The notes under the pieces were generated by a model. That model did no database searches. It was not told where the DNA came from and saw only the letters and a program-made list of their open reading frames with translations. Shown here one piece after another: positions 25,987 to 32,000 of a DNA stretch of 32,000 nt. The translations under genes and the position numbers were made by a program. Source of the stretch: Thermoproteus sp. (GTDB lineage Archaea; Thermoproteota; Thermoprotei; Thermoproteales; Thermoproteaceae). Numbering within the stretch: position 1 is the stretch's first letter; every line of letters starts with the position of its first letter. The stretch spans positions 1,011,824 through 1,043,823 of the forward strand of contig JAWARJ010000001.1 in NCBI GenBank assembly GCA_038893495.1, read 5' to 3'.

Positions 25987-28363
25987 ACTAAAGGACTTCA
26001 AGGTATATTCAGGCGAGTACGAACTCGTATTGTCGCCAGTAACCGCCATAGTGGGTAGAGTCGGCGCCGGCAAGTCCTCTCTACTTCAAGCAATAGAGTT
26101 CGCCCTATTTGGAAGGGAGATGGAGACCAGACAGAGGATAGCGAAGCTCGTCGATTTGATAAACATCAATTCGGACAGCGCCTGGGTCGAGCTGGAACTG
26201 ACCGACGGCACCGAGAAGGCCGTAATTAGGCGGAGCCTAAACAGGAGGGGACGTAGCCGCCTAGAGTTGAGGATAAGGGGAGAGAAGCTTTCGGATCTAG
26301 ACGCCGAGGAGAAGCTCAAAGAGATCTCAGGCATCAGTAGCGAGGACTACGATAGAGTAATATATATATCACACTACGCGCTAGAGGACTTCATCCATGG
26401 CGACAAGATAAGAAGGACCTCGCTAATAGATAAAATACTTCAGATCGATATACTAGACAATATACAAAAGTTAATAAATAAATCTATAAAGAACTTATTA
26501 GAAGAAACTGAAAAAATTAGGATAAAAATAGCATATTATGAAAAGTATAGAGATATATTAGAGAAATATGGAAGCATATCCAAGATAAAAGAAGTAAAGA
26601 CATCTTTAGAGAGAGAATTAGAGGAAATTTCTAGACAAGAAAATAATCTATTAACTAGATATAAACAACTTCTAGAAGATAGAAAAAAATACATCGATAA
26701 AATATCAAGGCTACAAGATAAAATAACGGCGTACTACAAGGCCAAATCGGAGCTAGAACTCCTTGAAGAATATGGATATAGCTACAACACAGAGCTAGCC
26801 CAGATAGACGAACTGAAGGACAGATTTCTCGGAATCTTAGCCGAATTCGAACATATAGTGAGCCCGCAGATAGTAGAGGCTATCTCCAAGGAGTCCGACC
26901 CTGCCAGACTGGCTGAGCTCTTTAACGACGCCTATAAGGAGCTCCTAAAGGCCAAGTCGTCTCTAAGCGAACTTTCCTCCTCAATAGAGGCACAACGAAA
27001 TATGTTGCAAACTAAACTAAATGAGTTAAATATAGAAATATCTAAGGTGAGAGCCAAATTAGAACAACTAGATGTCCTATATAAAAAATTTAAGGACTTA
27101 GAATCTAAATACGGGACTATTGAGGAGGTGAGGAGGAAGTTGGAGGCGGCGAGAAGTAGGGCGCAGGAACTGGAGAGGAAGACGCGCTACATCTCGTCTT
27201 TGAGGTTCATACTGTCTTACGCCCTAGAGGCCGGCGTCGAGACGTGTCCTATTTGTGGATCTAAATTGGATAGGAAGGCCGCGTCGTCTAGGCTTGAAGA
27301 GCTGGAGAGAGAATATTCGCAAGAGCTCGCCCAGTTCGAAGAGGCGAAGGGAGAATTGGAGGCGCTAGAGGGGGCATATAGGGATATGGAGTCTCTGCTG
27401 AGCTCCGTCTCTGAGTACTTAAAGGCCAGGGAGGAGCTAGAGAGGCTGAGCGCCGAGGCCGAAAAGATAAAGACGAAACTGGACCAGGCCGCCAAATCGT
27501 CGGCTCAAATATCTCGCCGCCTCTCGCTCCTCTCGGGCTTCTTGGAAGAGGTCACGCCGGAGGTGGTCGAGGAGGTCGTCAAGAGGTACAATAAGGCCCT
27601 CCGGGTCAAACAGCTCCGCGAGGTCTTGGAGTCGGTAGAGCTCGAGTTGAGAAGTCTTGGCGTAAGCGAGGCCGTTTTGGAGTTAGAGGAGGAGTTCAGA
27701 AGGGTCTCTGAAGATCTGGACAAAATAAGGAGGAGGAAGGCCGATATACATAACGAATTGGCGAGGCTATCGGAGGTGCTGGCCAATGTGGACGAGGAGT
27801 TCGAAACCCTTAAGGCGAAATTAGAGAGATTTATTTATGTCCATAATAGACTCAATGATATTTATAATAAATTAAATGTAATAAAGCAGAATGTAAGATT
27901 GAAGGTAATTCAAGAGATACAAGACGAGTTGTGGAACAACTTCCTCAAGATATATCCCTATAAGGACATCACGGCGGTGCGGCTGGCCCTTAGAGACAAC
28001 GCATATGAGGTAGAGGCCGTTACGGCTGACGGCGCCACTATAGGCATATCGAAGTTGAGCGACGGACAGCGGCTGGCGGTAGCCCTCTCGTTGGTTATAT
28101 CTATGCGTAAGCTGTTAGGCCCCAAGCTGGGCTTTCTGCTACTGGACGACCCCCTGCCGTATGTAGACCCCAATGTGCGCTCGGCGCTGGCCGGCCTGAT
28201 AGCGTCTTTAAGCAAGGAGTACCAAGTGGTGGTGGCGACTCAGACCGAAGACTTGCCCAGAGAGATAGCCTCCAACGGCGTCGACGTAGCTGTAGTGGAG
28301 CTGTCTAGGGCCGGGAACAAGCCCGAAGTGACGACTAAACATATATTTGGGAGAAAAGATTAG
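25964..28363 (+). CDS. rkd-4: Arcadin-4 candidate: SMC/Rad50-like coiled-coil ATPase
   Basis: 799 aa. N-terminal Walker A GRVGAGKSSLLQAIEFALFG, a long K/E/L coiled coil, a central CPICG, and C-terminal signature LSDGQRLAVALSL with Walker B FLLLDDPL. No mre11/herA/nurA genes are adjacent. Confidence 0.75.
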   Translation: MWAISRIKLKDFKVYSGEYELVLSPVTAIVGRVGAGKSSLLQAIEFALFGREMETRQRIAKLVDLININSDSAWVELELTDGTEKAVIRRSLNRRGRSRLELRIRGEKLSDLDAEEKLKEISGISSEDYDRVIYISHYALEDFIHGDKIRRTSLIDKILQIDILDNIQKLINKSIKNLLEETEKIRIKIAYYEKYRDILEKYGSISKIKEVKTSLERELEEISRQENNLLTRYKQLLEDRKKYIDKISRLQDKITAYYKAKSELELLEEYGYSYNTELAQIDELKDRFLGILAEFEHIVSPQIVEAISKESDPARLAELFNDAYKELLKAKSSLSELSSSIEAQRNMLQTKLNELNIEISKVRAKLEQLDVLYKKFKDLESKYGTIEEVRRKLEAARSRAQELERKTRYISSLRFILSYALEAGVETCPICGSKLDRKAASSRLEELEREYSQELAQFEEAKGELEALEGAYRDMESLLSSVSEYLKAREELERLSAEAEKIKTKLDQAAKSSAQISRRLSLLSGFLEEVTPEVVEEVVKRYNKALRVKQLREVLESVELELRSLGVSEAVLELEEEFRRVSEDLDKIRRRKADIHNELARLSEVLANVDEEFETLKAKLERFIYVHNRLNDIYNKLNVIKQNVRLKVIQEIQDELWNNFLKIYPYKDITAVRLALRDNAYEVEAVTADGATIGISKLSDGQRLAVALSLVISMRKLLGPKLGFLLLDDPLPYVDPNVRSALAGLIASLSKEYQVVVATQTEDLPREIASNGVDVAVVELSRAGNKPEVTTKHIFGRKD

Positions 28364-28367
28364 GGCG

Positions 28368-29009
28368 ATGCAAGAATACTGCGGAGTTTTCGTCGTGTCG
28401 GAACTCGGCGAGATTGGCGTCTATAAGGGCGACAATTACGTCGTGGCTAAAGTGGAGCCCTACGGCCTCGCCTTCAACGACTCGGGGAAGGTCCTAGTCC
28501 TGTACGACACCGTCAACCTATATGAGAACTTAATGGAGTTCATATCTAAAGAGTTGAATGGATGTAGAAGGCTGTCGTTAGAACTGGACGCGAGGGAGAT
28601 AAAGGTGGACTCCATAAAGGCCTTGTTCAAGGTGTTCGACTACACGGCGTTGTTGTACCTACTGGCCCTCAAGTCCCGCCCGTCTTTAGTCCACGTGGTC
28701 GGCTATAGGGGACGCCAACGGCGCCCCGCTCAGAGCATAAGTAAAATCATGGCGAGAGCAAGCCCCATACCGCCCGAATACGTGGCTAAGAGGCCGCCGC
28801 CCTTCGCCCTTCCTGTAGACGTCAAGGAGGTCTCCATCGCGGCCAGAAGGACTTCTGGGGAGAGATATAAAGTGCTTGTCAAGATAGAGGGGGCGGCCGT
28901 AATGACCAAATCTAAAGTGGTGGAGACTGAGGACTTCTACAGGCGTGTAGTGGGCGGTTTGGTCTCGTCGTTGCCTCACCTAAGCTGGGTCGAATACGCG
29001 TTCCTCTAG
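28368..29009 (+). CDS. Hypothetical protein coupled to arcadin-4 (possible further arcadin)
   Basis: The ATG lies 5 nt after the arcadin-4 stop (the track ORF begins at TTG 28347). 213 aa with no recognisable motif. Confidence 0.6.
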   Translation: MQEYCGVFVVSELGEIGVYKGDNYVVAKVEPYGLAFNDSGKVLVLYDTVNLYENLMEFISKELNGCRRLSLELDAREIKVDSIKALFKVFDYTALLYLLALKSRPSLVHVVGYRGRQRRPAQSISKIMARASPIPPEYVAKRPPPFALPVDVKEVSIAARRTSGERYKVLVKIEGAAVMTKSKVVETEDFYRRVVGGLVSSLPHLSWVEYAFL

Positions 29010-29066
29010 TCAGTGCTCCAGACCCTCTTCATCGGTCGGCGGGCTCACCAGTGGTCATCACTACGC
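29008..29066 (-). ncRNA. Candidate C/D box sRNA
   Basis: Minus strand reads GUGAUGA-CCACUGGUGAGC-CCGC-CGAC-CGAUGA-AGAGGGUCUGGAGCA-CUGA. The C box (29055-29061) and D box (29010-29013) are perfect and ~52 nt apart, with a C'-like CGAUGA between them. It sits in a 74-nt convergent gap. Weaknesses: the D' box is poor and the D guide spacer is 15 nt rather than ~12. Confidence 0.3.
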
Positions 29067-29083
29067 CTATTGGGGCGCATCTA

Positions 29084-29812
29084 TTAATGCTTACGTATGG
29101 GCTCCGCCTTGTCCCAAAGGTAGTTGAAATAAGTCTTGGCTATATCCAACAGATACCGCTCGTTGCCGTGTATGCCCAACAGACCGTCGCCGTGTTTTAC
29201 GACGAGCACCGCCGAATTGCCGAGGGCCCCTCCGCCGAACATATCGTCTAGCGCTCTGACGTCTATACGCGGAGGCAGATCTATATAGCCGACAAGCCTC
29301 TTGGTGGAGAGAAGCTTCACCTCTATCCTTTTCGATTCCTCCTTTATGGTCTCCATTATGCTCGGCGTGATCAATTCGGGGTAGGGGAGCGCCACGTAGA
29401 CCGCCCCATCGCTGGACTTTATGACCTCCTCTATTAGGTTGTGGACCTTCTCGCCTCTAATCAGCGCTATAAAGGTAGTGGAGGCCCCGCCGTATCTAGC
29501 CTCATAGAGGGCCTGAAGCATATCTATTTGTTCCTTCAGCGCTCTGAGCGCAGTAGACATAAACGAAACCAGGCCCCTATAGACTTCAAGCGGGGGCTTG
29601 GCGGCATATCGGGCGGGGCGCCCCTCCAAACGCTCCACAAAGCCCCACGCCTCCAGTGCATCTAGGTGTTGATATATCTTCGTGTAAGGCGTATTGACCG
29701 CCTCGGCTATTTCTCTAGCCGTAAGCGGCCCGCGCTCAACCAGCAGGGCGTATATCGCGAGGTCGCGGTCGTCGAGGCCCAAGGCCTTAAGCGCCGACTT
29801 TATTCTGTTCAC
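29084..29812 (-). CDS. TrmB-family transcriptional regulator
   Basis: N-terminal TrmB-type wHTH (LGLDDRDLAIYALLVERGPLTAREIAEAVNTPYTKIYQHLDALEAWGFVERLEGRPARYAA). 242 aa, GTG start. Confidence 0.85.
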   Translation of the reverse strand: MNRIKSALKALGLDDRDLAIYALLVERGPLTAREIAEAVNTPYTKIYQHLDALEAWGFVERLEGRPARYAAKPPLEVYRGLVSFMSTALRALKEQIDMLQALYEARYGGASTTFIALIRGEKVHNLIEEVIKSSDGAVYVALPYPELITPSIMETIKEESKRIEVKLLSTKRLVGYIDLPPRIDVRALDDMFGGGALGNSAVLVVKHGDGLLGIHGNERYLLDIAKTYFNYLWDKAEPIRKH

Positions 29813-29816
29813 GCAA

Positions 29817-29834
29817 TTAACGAAATTCCGTTAA
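29817..29834. promoter_or_regulatory. Imperfect palindrome, candidate TrmB-family operator
   Basis: TTAACGAAATTCCGTTAA has perfect TTAACG/CGTTAA arms and matches its reverse complement at 16 of 18 positions overall. It lies between the TATA region and the regulator's own start codon. Confidence 0.4.
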
Positions 29835-29847
29835 AAAATTTTTAAAG
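29831..29847. promoter_or_regulatory. Palindromic bidirectional TATA region (TrmB-like / Tes-like genes)
   Basis: TTAAAAAATTTTTAAAG lies 19-35 nt from GTG 29812 (minus strand) and 21-37 nt from ATG 29868 (plus strand). Confidence 0.5.
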
Positions 29848-29867
29848 CAAAACTCAAGGCGGGCGTA

Positions 29868-31592
29868 ATGAGCAAACAAGTGTTGGAGTTAGCCAAGCCG
29901 GCTCGGCTCGTCGATTTGAGCCGCTTCAACCTGCCCAGCAGATATAAGGCCACCCTCCTCAACGAGGCTTGGCAGAATACTGTTAAGAGACAGTTCGCCT
30001 TGCCCGAACACGTCAGGGTCGTCAAGACCTCGCTCTCGGTCTGTCCTGTTTGCAATAGGCGCATACCCATGGCAGTCTACGAGGAGAACGGCGCCATATG
30101 GCTAAAGAAGGTCTGTCCCGAACACGGCGTATTTGAAGACCTCTATTGGGGCGACGCCGAGATGTACTACTACTTCCTGCAGTGGGACACGCCCGAGTAT
30201 ATAGCTAAAGGCCTCGCCAACCCCTACACGGACCTACAGTTCTATACAGAAATGGGCTCGTGCCCCATGGGTTGCGGGCTGTGCCCCGTCCATAAGTCCG
30301 ACACAGTCTTGGCGATAGTCGACGTGACGAATAGATGCAATATGGCCTGCCCCGTATGTTTCGCCAACGCGGGGGCCGCCGGCTACGTCTACGAGCCTAC
30401 CCTCGAACAGATAGAGTACATGTTGAGGACCTTGAGGGCCCAGAGGCCGTGGCCCCCCAACGCGTTGCAACTCAGCGGCGGCGAGCCCACCTTGAGGGAC
30501 GACCTGCCCGAGATAGTGAGGATGGCCAAAAAGCTCGGCTTCACCCACGTGGAGGTCAACACCAACGGCATAAGGCTCGCCAACGAGCCCGAGTTCTACA
30601 AGGCGCTGTTGGACGCCGGGCTGTCCACATTGTACCTACAATTTGACACGATAGACGAAGGCAACGAGGGGGTGGTGAGACATAGGCTTTACAACCCCAA
30701 GGCCTACGCCGCGGTGAGGCGCAAGCTGTTGGAGGTAGCGCGCAAGTTGGGCCATAGGTCCATAGTGCCTGTCGTCACTTTGGCCAAAGGCTATAACGAC
30801 AAGGACCTAGGTAAGATATTGGACTTCGCCATACAGAATAGAGACGTGATAAGGTGGGTCAACATACAGCCCGTCTCCTTCGCAGGCCGCGCGAGGCTGT
30901 ACAGCAAGGAGGAGTTGAGGAAATTCAGAATAACGATACCCGACACCATCATCGAGATAGAGAGACAGACCGGCGGCCTTATAAGCAGGTGGGACTGGAG
31001 GCCCACCAACTGGCCGGTCGCCGTGGCCAAGATGGTAGAGGCGCTGACGGATTCGCCGAAGCCTCTATTCTCCATGAACCCCGTCTGCGGCGCCGCGACG
31101 TTCATATACTACGACGAGGACGAGAAGAAGATATACCCCATAACGAAGCTGGTTGACGTCGACGCCTTCGAGAGTATCGCCTGGGACGTCTATAAGACAG
31201 CCAAACGCGGAAAGACCGTCTGGAAGGCCGTGGCGGCCACCAAGGCCATGAAGCTCCTCCGCACCGTGAAGCACAGGAAGATAAGAGGGCTGATACAGGA
31301 CTTCCTGCTCAAAAAGGACTACGACAGCTTAGGCCAGTTCTTCTTCAACATAGTGGGTCTGGGCATAATGCACTTCATGGACGTCATGAACTTCGACGTA
31401 GAGAGGATACAGCGTTGCGACATCCACTACGCCACGCCCGACGGCCGCGTCATTCCGTTCTGCACGTATAACAACTTCCACAGGGAGAGAATAGAACAAT
31501 CGTTTAGGGTAGACCCCAAGATGTGGACTAAAATAACGGGCGTCTCGCTGACCGGCTGGAAGAGAGCCGCTACGCCCGGCCACCCCTTCTAA
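29868..31592 (+). CDS. tes: Radical SAM enzyme of the tetraether lipid synthase (Tes/GDGT-MAS) type
   Basis: 574 aa. N-terminal CPVC...CPEH knuckle, an auxiliary-cluster motif CPMGCGLC, then the radical-SAM CNMACPVC (CxxxCxxC) and GGEPTLR. The size and motif order match the MJ0619/Tes family as I recall it. The radical SAM call is firm (~0.9); the Tes assignment is less so (~0.55). Confidence 0.6.
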   Translation: MSKQVLELAKPARLVDLSRFNLPSRYKATLLNEAWQNTVKRQFALPEHVRVVKTSLSVCPVCNRRIPMAVYEENGAIWLKKVCPEHGVFEDLYWGDAEMYYYFLQWDTPEYIAKGLANPYTDLQFYTEMGSCPMGCGLCPVHKSDTVLAIVDVTNRCNMACPVCFANAGAAGYVYEPTLEQIEYMLRTLRAQRPWPPNALQLSGGEPTLRDDLPEIVRMAKKLGFTHVEVNTNGIRLANEPEFYKALLDAGLSTLYLQFDTIDEGNEGVVRHRLYNPKAYAAVRRKLLEVARKLGHRSIVPVVTLAKGYNDKDLGKILDFAIQNRDVIRWVNIQPVSFAGRARLYSKEELRKFRITIPDTIIEIERQTGGLISRWDWRPTNWPVAVAKMVEALTDSPKPLFSMNPVCGAATFIYYDEDEKKIYPITKLVDVDAFESIAWDVYKTAKRGKTVWKAVAATKAMKLLRTVKHRKIRGLIQDFLLKKDYDSLGQFFFNIVGLGIMHFMDVMNFDVERIQRCDIHYATPDGRVIPFCTYNNFHRERIEQSFRVDPKMWTKITGVSLTGWKRAATPGHPF

Positions 31593-31600
31593 CCGACTAA

Positions 31601-31605
31601 TTTTT
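31601..31605 (+). terminator. Oligo-T terminator after the radical SAM gene
   Basis: A T5 run starts 9 nt after the TAA stop (31590-31592) and is followed by the TTAGCTAA palindrome. Confidence 0.4.
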
Positions 31606-31675
31606 AGCTAAACCACGAAAATAATTACGGCAAAAAGCTAACAAAAAAAAATAACTCAAAATTTCGACTCTAAAT

Positions 31676-32000
31676 ATGAAGAAAACCGTGAAAGGTCTCC
31701 TAATAGCTACGTCTGCCCTGATAGCGGTAGTCGCCGCGTTGTCGCTCGCGCCGTTGTTGGGGATACCCGTCGGGGTTAAGACGCACGTGTCGGTTCAAGT
31801 AGTGGGGCCCAACGGGTATGTCTATCCGCCTGGATTCCTGGGCTTCAACTTCGGGCCCGACGGGACCATATTGGTCCAGTTCTCCAACGGTACGGTGATC
31901 AATTTAACGCCTACCTCCAGCGACTTTCAGAAGTACTTCAAGCTATTCGAGGCCCCGTTGAAACAATTCAAGCCGGACTCCCCCCTGATCCCCATACCCA
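31676..32000 (+). CDS. Secreted/membrane-anchored hypothetical protein (partial, continues beyond the right edge)
   Basis: Manual translation gives MKKTVKGLLIATSALIAVVAALSLAPLLGIPVGVKTHVSVQVVGPNGYVYPPGF..., an N-terminal signal/TM. It is open to the window end. An A-rich TATA-like region lies ~25 nt upstream. Confidence 0.6.
   Translation, partial: MKKTVKGLLIATSALIAVVAALSLAPLLGIPVGVKTHVSVQVVGPNGYVYPPGFLGFNFGPDGTILVQFSNGTVINLTPTSSDFQKYFKLFEAPLKQFKPDSPLIPIP

Noticed and set aside
25964-28363. Canonical DNA-repair Rad50
   Set aside because: No mre11, herA or nurA genes are adjacent, and the gene sits in the crenactin cluster. It is better called the SMC/Rad50-like arcadin-4.

Overview
The window is a dense, almost fully coding chromosome segment of a crenarchaeon. 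It is most likely a member of the Thermoproteales (Pyrobaculum/Thermoproteus-like), because it carries a crenactin/arcadin (Arcade) cluster, Topo VI, Alba, and leaderless genes sitting about 25 nt from palindromic TATA boxes. All functional calls come from motifs I recognised by eye in the supplied translations; no database search was run.

Gene content, left to right:
- Partial FAD oxidoreductase (runs off the left edge, so it is missing from the ORF track) and a HAD hydrolase.
- Envelope cluster: an MMPL/RND exporter, divergent from a MacB-type ABC permease, its ATPase, and a 613-aa sequon-rich helical surface protein.
- Small Cys/Zn-ribbon ORFs and a DHH phosphoesterase.
- The archaeal exosome superoperon: pfdB, Pcc1-like, Brix, L37Ae, Rrp42, Rrp41, Rrp4, SBDS, psmA.
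- UPF0201-like protein, a degenerate ABC/SMC-like ATPase divergent from an HTH-ThiN (ThiR-like) regulator, top6B/top6A, an AbrB-PhoU regulator and an Mtq2/HemK-like methylase.
- A wHTH-membrane protein and Alba.
- The Arcade cluster: arcadin-1 candidate, crenactin, arcadin-2, an untracked 58-aa ORF, a Rad50-like arcadin-4, and a coupled 213-aa orphan.
- A TrmB-like regulator divergent from a Tes/GDGT-MAS-type radical SAM enzyme, and a partial secreted protein.

I found no rRNA, tRNA, CRISPR array or mobile element.

The most unusual signals are:
- About 20 sharp in-frame AT-rich islands (~20% G+C) inside otherwise GC-normal genes.
- The MMPL/MacB/surface-protein cluster.
- A central CxxC hook in arcadin-4.
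- A candidate C/D box sRNA in a convergent gap.
- Palindromic operators beside two bidirectional TATA boxes.
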